From: Macrostomum lignano
Taxonomy: Eukaryota
Assembly: GCA_002269645.1 (NCBI GenBank)
Contig: NIVC01001504.1
Coordinates: 186,001 to 250,000 of the forward strand
Direction: 5' to 3'
DNA: 64,000 nt
Program-made: the position numbers and the translations under genes
Notes under the pieces: generated by a model
The model's database searches: none
The model's input: only the letters and a program-made list of their open reading frames with translations
Told to the model about the DNA's origin: nothing
In this document: positions 36,135 to 50,600 of the stretch, piece after piece
Layout of the letters: every line of letters starts with the position of its first letter
Position numbering within the stretch: position 1 is the first letter of the stretch

Positions 36135-38307
36135 CACACACACACACAGACAGACAGACAGACAGACAGACATACAGACAGACCAGAACAGGTGCTTAAC
36201 CCTCTCACCACCGCCTCTCTAGGGCTACTTCTCTATGAACGAGTACATCGTGACGCAGCACCCGCTCGAGGAGACCGTGTTCGACTTCCTGAAGATGATC
36301 TGGGATCACAACTGCTCTGTTGTGGTCAGCGTCTACACCGAAGACTCGCCCGATGAGCCGCCCCTGCCCAGCATCTGGCCCACGCCCGAGGACGACATGC
36401 GCGAGGCCGAGCACCTGCAGCTGTACTTTCGGTGAGACAGACCAACCCATCCCATTTCCATGGAATTATCCCATATCCCTGTTATCCCATTCTCATAGAA
36501 TTATCCCATATCCCAATTGTCTCGTTCTCTATAGTATTTTCATTTTGAAATCTCACCACTCTTACCCCTCAAATCCCCGCCCAGCAACGAGGAAGAATAT
36601 CCCTTCGCCACCCGGCGCGAATTCCTCATGGCCACTAAACGCGACGACTACAGCCTGGTGGTGTCGCTGTGGACTCTGAAGCGCTGGCCGGAGCTGCTGG
36701 GCCAGGCCATGGACATGATGAAGCTGGTCGGCGCCGTCTCCGAGCGCAGGGCGCCGCCCGCCGCGCCGCTGATTGTGATGGACACGTGAGCAGCGATTCA
36801 CCTACACTGCACTTTTAGCTGTCAGGGCTCGGTCGAATTGGACCTGCGACTGAGCCGAGCCCCCCTTCCCTAACTGCAGGTACGGAAGCAGCCACGCTGG
36901 CATCTTCTGCGCCCTGTACAGCCTGTACCACCAGCTGCAGCTGGAGCACTCGGTGGACGTGTACTCGCTGTTCAAGCTGTACCACCTGCAGCGGCCTGGC
37001 ATGTTCAACAGCTCGGTGGGTGCCACCAACCCGTCACCCGCTTCAGTGACCACCCCAGACCTCCACAAGGATCCCCCCAGACTCCACAAGGATCCCCCAG
37101 ACTCCACAAGGATCCCCCCAGACTCCACAAGGATCCCCACAGACTCCACAAGGATCCCCCCAGACTCCACAAGGATCCCCCAGACTCCACAAGGATCCCC
37201 CCAGACTCCACAAGGATCCCCCAGACTCCACAAGGATCCCCCAGACTCCACAAGGATCCCCCAGACTCCACAAGGATCCCCCAGACGCCACAAGGATCCC
37301 CCAGACTCCACAAGGATCCCCCAGACTCCACAAGGATCCCCCAGACTCCACAAGGATCCCCCAGACTCCACAAGGATCCCCCAGACTCCACAAGGATCCC
37401 CCAGACTCCACAAGGATCCCCCAGACTCCACAAGGATCCCCCAGACTCCACAAGAATCCCCTCAGACTCCACAAGGATCCCCCAGACTCCACAAGGATCC
37501 CCCAGACTCCACAAGGATCCCCCCAGACTCCACAAGGATCCCCCCAGACTCCACAAGGATCCCCCCAGACTCCACAAGGATCCCCCCAGACTCCACAAGG
37601 ATCCCCCCAGACTCCACAAGGATCCCCCCAGACTCCACAAGGATCCCCCAGACTCCACAAGGATCCCCCAGACTCCACAAGGATCCCCCAGACTCCACAA
37701 GGATCCCTTAGACTCCACAAGGATCCCCCAGACTGTTTCAGGCACTCTCTTACCCTCTCCAACCCCCATATTCGCTAATCTGTCTCCTGCTCTCCAATCC
37801 CCCCTTGCTAATCTGCAAGCCGCCTCATGCATCCCCTCCGCTCGTTGCCCCCAGGCCGACCTCCAGTTCATCTACGAGGTGATCACCTTCCACGCCTCAG
37901 TCAACTCGCCGAGCAGCAGCCTCCTTCCGCAGCGTCGCGACAACGGCGGCACCGGCGGCACCCTCGGCAGCCGGGGCGGCGACAGGCGGGAAGCGCAGCA
38001 GCTGCCGGCCCAGGAGGCTCTGCACATGTCCGAGCAGTTGAAGCAGCTGCAGCAGGAGGTTGAGGAGACCTGCGGCCAGGAGAAGCAGCTCGCCGAGTCG
38101 ACTGTGGCGACCGCCGTCCCCTCTGGTGACGCCGCCATCACCAACGGCTCCGATAGCGGAGCGGCTGCGGCTTCGATGGTGGCGGCGGGCGAGCCCGTCT
38201 CCTTTGGTGACGTCGCCATCGTCAACGGCTCCGATGGTGTTGAGGAGGCGCGCGGGGCTGCCAACGCGAACGGCGCCGTCTCGCTGACGCTTCCGAAGGA
38301 TGCATGA
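15526..38307 (+). CDS. Ptp99A: Receptor protein tyrosine phosphatase, Ptp99A/PTPRG-type catalytic domains (~1418 aa): signal peptide, Ig, FN3 x~4, TM, D1, D2
   Basis: Exons 15526-15546 (tentative), 26462-26840, 27743-28308, 28897-29011, 29481-30109, 30866-31223, 31763-32011, 32105-32181, 32940-33074, 33274-33554, 34128-34410, 35515-35602, 35692-35768, 36223-36431, 36585-36785, 36880-37015, 37855-38307. All junctions are GT-AG and phase-consistent (4257 nt). D1 motifs: [52 protein letters not shown]2: VMDTYGSSHAG, with the catalytic Cys replaced by Asp. Confidence 0.92.
18751..18814 (+). pseudogene. Degenerate 28S (LSU) rRNA fragment spanning the R2/I-PpoI target site
   Basis: gggtaaatggcaggagtaactatgactgtctta matches the universal GGGTAAACGGCGGGAGTAACTATGACTCTCTTA at 30/33. 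aaatgcctcatcagctacttagt matches AAATGCCTCGTCATCTAATTAGT at 20/23. The reference was recalled from knowledge, not searched. Confidence 0.85.
19555..19630 (+). pseudogene. Degenerate tRNA-like / SINE-head relic
   Basis: A-box-like tagcctagatg; anticodon-like arm ctaga-ctgctaa-tgtag; T-arm-like ctggg-tttgaat-cttag. No intact acceptor stem. Confidence 0.3.
19660..20030. repeat. ~23-24-bp degenerate minisatellite
   Basis: ccaccatgtcaaacataaaagag. Confidence 0.9.
20140..20465. repeat. ~18-bp degenerate minisatellite
   Basis: ggggatgcttgctatct variants. Confidence 0.8.
25683..26432. repeat. 31/29-bp minisatellite ending ~30 nt before the PTP Ig-exon acceptor
   Basis: cccaccaatgactagatagtcacccagtcta. 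Confidence 0.96.
26819..27401. repeat. 53-bp minisatellite, ~11 copies, spanning the PTP exon 2 donor
   Basis: gtgaccaatgtgctagtgcgcg|gtgagcagcgggaactgggttttcatgtcac. Confidence 0.97.
28345..28700. repeat. 27-bp intronic minisatellite
   Basis: ccaaatctcccctaatgtaatccccat. Confidence 0.92.
29020..29470. repeat. 10-bp (29020-29115) and 33-bp (29198-29470) intronic arrays
   Basis: ttctcagcct; gatgtgccgctcactccattgataattcccttt, whose last partial unit runs into the acceptor. Confidence 0.9.
30122..30700. repeat. 24-bp intronic minisatellite
   Basis: cccccagcatcctctatactgcat. Confidence 0.95.
31345..31600. repeat. 28-bp intronic minisatellite
   Basis: tcatgtcgggtcattagacactttaggg. Confidence 0.92.
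32220..32905. repeat. Degenerate ~27-bp intronic minisatellite
   Basis: cccagaatcctaatagccattccagat variants. Confidence 0.9.
33590..34090. repeat. 25-28-bp intronic minisatellite, in the intron that splits the catalytic HC-S codon
   Basis: gcagcagcagctctattgatagattgat. Confidence 0.95.
34505..35390. repeat. 22-bp intronic minisatellite
   Basis: tgctccctaatcccctgtctga. Confidence 0.96.
35805..36183. repeat. (GACA)n intronic microsatellite
   Basis: GACA runs; reverse complement of the 12.5-14.1 kb GTCT family. Confidence 0.97.
37055..37735. repeat. 21/22-bp intronic minisatellite
   Basis: cccccagactccacaaggatc. Confidence 0.97.
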
Positions 38308-40040
38308 CGGGTCGGGGGCTGTCGGATTTAAATTTCTATGCGACTGAAGTTGCGTGCAATGCGGTAATCCGGGGGCACTTCTGGCGTTACCGATCCTCAA
38401 AGATACTTTTCCATCTCCCAATTATCGCAACGCGTTATCCTTTGCATCGTTATCTCATCTCCCTGTAATCCCATCTCCCAATTATCCCATATCCAGCTAT
38501 CCCATATCCCAGGTATCCCATCCCGAGCCAGCTAACCTCATCAGCTCTCAACCATCCAACCTGTCACTGTTGATAATCATTGATCGAGACGCCCCCCAGA
38601 CCATTTGCTTTTTATAGCTAATCTGCAGCGTGCAGTCAAAATTTGTCTTTTAAATCGTGAAAATTGGCTTCGCTGTGGCCGCCTGCTAATTTAGGAGAAT
38701 GTTATATCGCAACTCAGCAGTTCATCTCTTCTGACCTCCCATCCCGACCGAATTCTGTTTAATTTGCGCTCATCTTTACAATTTTAAGTATTTTTTATCT
38801 GTTAGTAACAATCGTGCACAACTACTTACTTGCGTAGAGCTTATCAGTAGCCAATAACGCATATGCGCACCAATGCCTTTTTTCTGTATCGCTTTCCGCG
38901 CTCTTTTTGGCAGTGTTTTGTGCGACAGATTCTACCCGTCACGCCCAATTTATTTTCTCTGATCAGCCGCAGCCCTAGTCAGCCTGCGGGACCAACCCAT
39001 TGTTGCAAAGTAGTTCCCCTGTTCCAGCACCTGCCCCAGCTTCCTCCGCTAGCAAAATGAAAACTGCCTCAAATTCTCAGCGTTTCAAGCTGCTCACAGC
39101 CTGATGCTTTTGTATTAAACATCTGCTGCTTTTACTGTCCGTGCTTATTAGCTACCTGCGGCTTGCACTCGTGTTTTCTGTGGTTACTGTACATGTAAAT
39201 TTATTGCATCATTTTTATCCGATTTTCTACTGTGAATTCACTTTTAATCGCCGATTCAGTTCGATTGTTTTTTTAGCTTAGTGCTGTTTGTTTGGCACAG
39301 TTTGGTTGGCCAGGCGACCAGAGATGACTTGCATTTTTTATATGCCCCATCTTGAATATGACTATTAAATACATCACTTACTTAACTCAAACTGGTGGTT
39401 AAAACGCTTTGCTGAAGTCTGCCGGTACAAGACAGTCTGCTTTTTAAAAGAACGCAGATAAAACCATCGATACAGCTAATGTGGGTTCGAGTTCGGCTTT
39501 TTTCAGAGCTTTCTCACGGCTCCAAATGTCGAACAAATAAAAGCTTATGCGAAAATTGAAGCATCACCTTAAATTTTTTTGTTTTGTTTTTATCCAGCAA
39601 CTACAGGCTATGCAAAGTTCAGCTTTAAAACTAAGGATGCACTTATATTCTAAAGTCACCTTTGCAAAAACTAATCACCGTAAGCCGTAAGCTTTCTGTC
39701 ATACGAGATCTTAACTGGCGACATGCAGAATTCTGGTTCAAGGCGGCGGCACTCCTAATAATCTGAGAACCTGTTCAGAATTTATACATGTGACTCGTTA
39801 GAGATCCCATCTCGAATCTCCTCAATTGTTTATGCAACGAAATCTTCCATGCGTATTTTTGGTCAATAACTCCAAAAGAAAGACTTCTTAATGATGCAAA
39901 AGACTATAGAGCGTAAATAAGTAAAATATATTGTCTATTGTATATTATATATTTTATTGCCATTACAAAATGGCAATGTGGCGAGAAAAGTAAAAAAACG
40001 TTTTTATTTTCAATCGGGTAGAGATGCTCTTTTAATAAAT

Positions 40041-40171
40041 AATAGAGAAATGAAGGCCAACACCAACATAAGTTTATTATTATAGCCAACGCGTTTCGAC
40101 ACAAGCGGTCATCTTCAGTGGCTATAATAATAATTTACTTATATGTTGGTGTTGGCCTTCATTTCTCTATT
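40041..40171 (-). ncRNA. Minimal type I hammerhead-ribozyme-like hairpin with a ~50-bp stem I
   Basis: The minus strand reads UUAUUAUAGCCA-CUGAAGA-U-GAC(CGCUUGU)GUC-GAAA-CGCG-U-UGGCUAUAAUAA, with arms 40041-40088 and 40119-40171. Confidence 0.6.
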
Positions 40172-41373
40172 TTCAATCAGATATTTTATAGTTTAGAGCA
40201 TGGGGGCGAGTCAATAACACAATACCCCACTGGCTTAACGAGCTGGCGGGCTGGTTGCACCCACCCCCAGCTAGGCGAGCCAGGGGGTTTGAGTACCAAT
40301 GCACCAGAGATCACGCTGCGTGCAGGTCTGGCCGCCACAATATTTTATATTATTGCCCACCACATGTATCTTAGCCATAATGTGCTAAACTGGTTTTTGA
40401 CGGCATAGCGTGTGGTTGCTGGCGGTTACGGTGTATCGTTTTGAACAAGAAAAAAGGCACCAATTCAATTTAGACAAATTCTTTCGATTTATATAAACAT
40501 GTTTCACGGGACGTTTTTCAATTTAAATTTGACAGGCTCTCTGCCTCTCTGGATTACATTCTTATAAAGTTATAAACTTGTGTTTATCCTTATATAGAAC
40601 GAACTAAAGCTGCAAATTCTAATCAATGCGAAGATGCTTGTTATTAATTTTATTGCAGAAACAATGCTAAAACCAAATTTAATGTTTTTCTTAAATTGTA
40701 CCTGCCAACAATCAGTACAACTTATGTAGAACCATTTAATAGTTTTATTTTGAAACGCGTGAATTAGTCTATGTAATTTTGTATCAACATAAATTCGGTA
40801 AAAGCTTTATACTTTTATATAGACAAATTTATACATGATATTTCTGGAAATTCTGCCATCATGTATGTATAGATATCTGAAATGATTTTCTTCACGAACA
40901 TTTCTCTCTTATGCAGAAAATTTTTAAAGTCATGGATAATATGTTAAAGTTTAAACCTACAGTTTATTTACATTTAAAATTTATTGTTATTTCCAACAGT
41001 TTAATGCTAAGGACTACAGTGGTCCTTGTTTAATGCATGGATAAATAATATTTTCCATAAAGAGCAAGCAAAAAATGAATTAGGGGTCGATTTTGATATA
41101 AAAGAAATAAATTACCATTTACTTAAGCTTTGCCATTTTCTAACTGTAAAATTTATACAGTATAAATTTAAAATTTAATAAAATTTATTCATTTTGCTAT
41201 AAAGTGGAAGCACATAATATTTATATAGGAATATCATTTTGACCAAATTTCTATTATTGTATTTTGAAATTTATTTCGTTTTACATATTTTTGTTTGTTT
41301 CCTTTTAAACTGTAATAATAGTATTTGAGCTGATATAAAAATATTTTCAACTTTGAAAATCAGGCATGCTTGA

Positions 41374-44643
<3,270 letters not shown>

Positions 44644-45409
44644 GCGCGACTCGAATCCAGGACCTACAAAGAACTTCGCCTTCTTATTATTCTTATTGCA
44701 GTTGTTCTTGCTTTTTGTGCAACCGGGCAGAAATTTGATTTCTCAGCTTTGTTTATCGCTCTATTTATTTGCTTGTTTATTTAAAAAATTTCCCAGTCAG
44801 TCCAGCCATTCGAATAGTCAGACATATACAGCTTTTTTTCTCGTTTACCGCTTTTAATTTAAAAGCATTTTTTCAAATCTGTGCAATGTGTCTTAAAAAT
44901 TACTTTTTATCATTCCTTAGCCCCATGCAGTGCATGCGGTTAGCAACTGTACCTGCCGCACGCTGCAATCTTTTGAACATCCTTGATGAGCCTCACAACT
45001 GAGTCTCCTGAATAGCACCCAACCAAAGGTCGTACCACGTCGAATCTCTGTGTCCGGATCTCCACAGTTTTTTACTCTCTTTCTACTGAATAATAAACTT
45101 CTGTGTTGTCAGCGATGGCTGCTGCTCCCGCCGCTCCTCCATCGCCTGTTTTATCCATTTATTTCTCTCTTGGCCTGTTGTTGCAGCCAAAATATTGCTG
45201 CCATCGGTGGGCCTACTTATCAGCTTATAACTGAAGTAGTATGCACGGGATATTAATAGATTTTTATCCAAGCCAGGCCGAAAATATTCGGCTTTGTTGA
45301 TTAAACATCGGCCTGAAGTTTTGTCAGCAAAGATTTTTGACCGCCTTGTTTTGCCTTTCTTTACCGACAGCCGTGCGCTGGGCGATGGCGGCTCGTTGCA
45401 TGCTGCGAA

Positions 45410-45860
45410 TGGGGGAATTTCTCACTTTCTGAGTTGCTGAGCGGGGAATTCCTCACTTTCTGATTTTCTGAGCGGGGAATTCCTCACTTCTGAATTGCTG
45501 AGCGGGGATTCCTCACTTCTGAATTGCTGAACGGGGGGAATTTCTCACTTTCTGAATTGCTGAGCGGGGAATTCCTCACTTTCTGAGTTGCTGAGCGGGG
45601 GGAATTCCTCACTTCTGAATTGCTGAGCGGGGATTCCTCACTTCTGAATTGCTGAGCGGGGGGAATTCCTCACTTTATGAATTGCTGAGCGGGGAATTCC
45701 TCACTTTCTGAGTTGCTGAGCGGGGAATTCCTCACTTTCTGATTTTCTGAGCGGGGAATTTCTCACTTCTGAATTGCTGAGCGGGGGATTCCTCACTTCT
45801 GAATTGCTGAGCGGGGGGAATTCCTCACTTTCTGAATTGCTGAGCGGAGAATTTCTCACT
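45410..45860. repeat. ~30-bp degenerate minisatellite rich in GGGGAATTCC
   Basis: gctgagcggggaattcctcactttctgaatt. Confidence 0.92.
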
Positions 45861-45943
45861 CTATAAATAGTAATATCTCAAATTCGTAATAAAAATCTCG
45901 CGCTGGCTGAATCGTTCTAAAAGTGGAATTTTCACCTAAATGA

Positions 45944-46365
45944 AAGAATTTCGCACTTGCTGAATGGAGAGTTTCTCACCTAAACAGGGAATTCCCCACC
46001 TCGTCAGTGAAGAATTCCGCACTTGCTGAATGGAGAGTTTCTCACCTAAACAGGGAATTCCCCACCTCGTCAGTGAAGAATTCCGCACTTGCTGAATGGA
46101 GAGTTTCTCACCTAAACAGGGAATTCCCCACCTCGTCAGTGAAGAATTCCGCACTTGCTGAATGGAGAGTTTCTCACCTAAACAGGGAATTCCCCACCTC
46201 GTCAGTGAAGAATTCCGCACTTGCTGAATGGAGAGTTTCTCACCTAAACAGGGAATTCCCCACCTCGTCAGTGAAGAATTCCGCACTTGCTGAATGGAGA
46301 GTTTCTCACCTAAACAGGGAATTCCCCACCTCGTCAGTGAAGAATTCCGCACTTGCTGAATGGAG
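45944..46365. repeat. 66-bp near-perfect tandem repeat, ~6 copies
   Basis: gaagaattccgcacttgctgaatggagagtttctcacctaaacagggaattccccacctcgtcagt. Confidence 0.97.
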
Positions 46366-46804
46366 AAGTCTTATCTTTTAAACGGGGAATTTTTCAACTT
46401 GTAAATGGGAATGCTTTACCCTTCTAACTAGAAAATTTCGCCCTTGCTAGATAGGGGAATTCCTTAATTTGCTAAGCGGGAGAACTTCTCACTTCTTAAA
46501 TGTTAAAATATTAAAATTACTCCATTTCTGCTGATTCGAGGGAATCCCCTTGCAGATTAGGCAACACTGGGAGTACGCCACTTGAAAACAGAAACACGAA
46601 CTCCAAGAACACTTTTAGTTGCATTTACTCTGCAAACAAAGCCGAACTTGCAGGAACCCGGACAAAGAGAGACCTGCTTGAAACTACTTTTAGTAGCCAA
46701 TGCTTTCCACACTCGATAATCAAAGCGAATAGCAACTCCAAGAGTCTGTAAGCATGGTGAATGTAATTCCATCCGTCTATGATTAAACAGTTAAATAACT
46801 AATC

Positions 46805-47582
46805 AGAGAGAGTCAGCATCAGAGAGAGTCAGCATCAGAGAGAGTCAGCATCAGAGAGAGTCAGCATCAGAGAGAGTCAGCATCAGAGAGAGTCAGCATC
46901 AGAGAGAGTCAGCATCAGAGAGAGTCAGCATCAGAGAGAGTCAGCATCAGAGAGTCAGCATCAGAGAGAGTCAGCATCAGAGAGAGTCAGCATCAGAGAG
47001 AGTCAGCGTCAGAGAGAGTCAGCATCAGAGAGAGTCAGCATCAGAGAGAGTCAGCATCAGAGAGAGTCAGCATCAGAGAGAGTCAGCATCAGAGAGAGTC
47101 AGCATCAGAGAGAGTCAGCGTCAGAGAGAGTCAGCGTCAGAGAGAGTCAGCATCAGAGAGAGTCAGCATCAGAGAGAGTCAGCATCAGAGAGAGTCAGCA
47201 TCAGAGAGAGTCAGCATCAGAGAGAGTCAGCATCAGAGAGAGTCAGCATCAGAGAGAGTCAGCATCAGAGAGAGTCAGCATCAGAGAGAGTCAGCATCAG
47301 AGAGAGTCAGCGTCAGAGAGAGTCAGCATCAGAGAGAGTCAGCATCAGAGAGAGTCAGCATCAGAGAGAGTCAGCATCAGAGAGAGTCAGCATCAGAGAG
47401 AGTCAGCATCAGAGAGAGTCAGCATCAGAGAGAGTCAGCGTCAGAGAGAGTCAGCATCAGAGAGAGTCAGCATCAGAGAGAGTCAGCATCAGAGAGAGTC
47501 AGCATCAGAGAGAGTCAGCATCAGAGAGAGTCAGCATCAGAGAGAGTCAGCATCAGAGAGAGTCAGCATCAGAGAGTCAGCA
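46805..47582. repeat. 16-bp minisatellite, ~48 copies, just downstream of the VIAAT stop codon
   Basis: agagagagtcagcatc. Confidence 0.98.
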
Positions 47583-47639
47583 GAGCCGTGGCCCCAGCCC
47601 AAACCACAGATCCGATCACGCAGTTGTCGCTGCCGCAGC

Positions 47640-50600
47640 TCAGGCCCTGGTGTAGGCGAAGGGGATGCTGGAGTTCGCCTGCTGCTTGCCGGTCATCTTG
47701 GCGTGCAGCGCGTAGCCGCTGATGAACATGCCGACGCTGCCGCACAGCACGCCAACGGCGATGATGAAGGCGTCGAACAGCCGGGTGTACAGCGGGCTGG
47801 CGTGCCGCTTCAGCACCAGGTGGAAGTAGGCGGGCCACACGAAGGACAGCATGGTGCCGGTGAAGCTGCCGATCAGGCCGCACAGCAGGGCGAAGTGCGG
47901 CACGGTGATGGCCACCACAAAGGTGAACAGCACCAGCAGGGCCCGCGGCAGCACCGCCCAGCACTTGAACTCCCGCTTCTCGTTCCAGCAGCTGGGCAGC
48001 GGCCGGCCCGTGAAGAGGCTGTTTTCCAGGAAATTGGCAGCTGCGAAGTAGGGCAGCGGGTAAGAGAAGAGCGCCTTCAGCGCCAGCGCGATGTTCACCG
48101 ACACCCGCAGCGGCACATTCGTCAGGTTGTTGGTGATCTCCTCCTTTGTGCTGTCGGCGAAGGTCACGAAGCCGATGTAGCCGAACAGGGCCTTGAAGAT
48201 GGCCGACAGCAGGTGCGTCCAGTTCATCATGCAGGCAAAGCGGCGCTTGTCGATCAGGCTGCCCTCCAGCGTCGGCAGAAAGATGTGCGACGTGTAGGAG
48301 AAGACAATGATGCCCAGCGAGATGGGGAATGTATAGATGTCTATGTGGAACTGCACCTGCGGGATGGGAAATATGCAGATGTCTATGTAAAAACTGGGGA
48401 ATGTGCAGATGTCTATGTATCAAACTGGGCAATGTGCAGATGTCTATGTATGAAACTGGGGAATGTGCAGTTGTCTATGTAAAAGCTGGGAATGTGCAGA
48501 TGTCTATGTAAAAACTAAGGGAATGTGCAGTTATCTACTTAAATGCTGGGAATGTGCAGATGTCTATGTAAAAACTAAGGGAATGTGCAGATATCTATGT
48601 AAAAGCTGGGGAATGTGCAGATGTCTATGTAAAAACTAAGGGAATGTGCAGATATCTACTTAAAAGCTGAGGAATGTGCAGATGTCTATGTAAAAGCTGG
48701 GGAATGTGCAGATGTCTATGTAAAAGCTGGGGAATGTGCAGATGTCTATGTAACAGCTGGGGAATGTGCAGATGTTACTATCAGTAGTCAGCTGGCCTCA
48801 CCTTGGCGGGCTGCCAGTCGGCGGTGCGGGTGAGGCAGTAGACGATGATGATGCCGTTGATGATGACGTGGGTGACGGTGTTCCAGAAGGAGATGAGGCT
48901 CACGTGCCGCAGCGAGGTGAGCGCGGCGCACGGCAGCAGGCAGACGAAGCTGACGCTGACCCAGAAGGTCTTGCTGAGCCCGGCCCCTGGGAAGCAGAAG
49001 TACAGCAGGTCGCCGCACAGCACCAGGTAGAGAATGCAGGTCATCAGCGCCTCCGTGATGGCCGCCGCGTTCACCACCTGGCCGCCCAGCTGGCCGCGGA
49101 ATACGAACTCGGCGATCTCCCGGTAGCTTCCGCGCACGCGGACGCCGTTCTCGTACAGGCAGTCCACCAGCACGCGGCCCGTGTAGCAGCAGACGAAGGC
49201 CACGAAGACGATGCCCAGCACCGACCAGTAGCCGCCGTGCATCACCGCATACGGCAGGCTGACCAGGAACATCCCCTGTGGGCGGTTCGGAATCTCACTC
49301 GGAATCTCACTCAGATTCTCACACTGAATCTCACTCCGAATCTCATTCCGAATCTCACTCGGATTCTCACTCGGAATCTCACTCAGATTCTCACTCCGAA
49401 TCTCACTCAGATTCTCACTCAGATTCTCACTCCGAATCTCACTCCGAATCTCATTCCGAATCTCACTCAGATTCTCAAACGGAATCTCACTCATAATCTC
49501 GTCTGGACTCCCTCTTGGAGCCTCACTCGGAATACCACCCTGAATCTCACATGAAATCTCACCAGGAACAGGAATCTCACCTGGAATATTATCTAGAATC
49601 TTACGAGTACCTGGAATCTCACCCGAAGTCTCACCCGGATCCTCATTATAGAGAAACCATAAGAAAACGTTAGAGTTAAATCGCAATCTCACTCGGAATC
49701 TCACTCGGAATCTCACCTACTCGAATTCCGATCCCCAAGCTCATCTCTGCCTTCCCATTATTTGGGAAAACTCAGAATCCTCAGCCTTTTCTCTTCAAGC
49801 ACCCCAGCAGGCGCTGAACTCAAGTTTCTAATCAATCCCCGCCCTCTGCAGATTCCTGAAGGTCCGGCCTGTCCGATCCGTCACCGGCCGAGGCGCCATC
49901 CGCCATCCATCTCCCCCCGATCAGCAGCCCCTGATAGACTGGCCGCCGGACGTGAGCAGCATCCCCCCAGCCTCCCTAATCAGCTGCCCGGTGATCGATG
50001 AGGCACTCGGTGTCCGCACTTCCTCAGGCGTGGCGCGAACACTGGCAGCACCTGGCCACCTCTGCTCCGGCTGGAAGATGGGATCTTATCTCCTCTTGAA
50101 AATCCCCTCTTAAACTCGATTCCCCATCGAGCTGCACTGCCGACTCCACCGCCCCTCCTGAGGCTCCCATCAGGATTTAAGCGACAGGGGATTTCTAATT
50201 GGAAGTAATGATTGATAAATCAATTCCCCAGGGGCACCCGGGGCAGCGCAGATAAGCACAGCCGATGGATGCGAAGGGGATCAAATCTGGAGAACGGGAG
50301 AGATGAGGCAGAGACGAAGCGAGGCAAACGCAAGGGGAATCAAGCGGGGCAGCAACAAAGGATCTGCCGGGCTGCACAGCGGCAGCAGGTGGCCTGGGGC
50401 CGGCCGAGTTCTCAATATCCGCGAATGAGGGAGGCTGAGAGGAGATGAAGAGAGCTGAGGGATTTCTCTGAGCCGAGCCCGCGGGGTGAGGCTGGCTCGA
50501 TTTCGACACATTCTTGTTTGCGGGGGCTGCGGCGCCCCCCCCCCCCCTCGCTGAAGTGTTTGCTCTGTTTCGAACTCTTGCCAGACTCTGAGCTCTTTGA

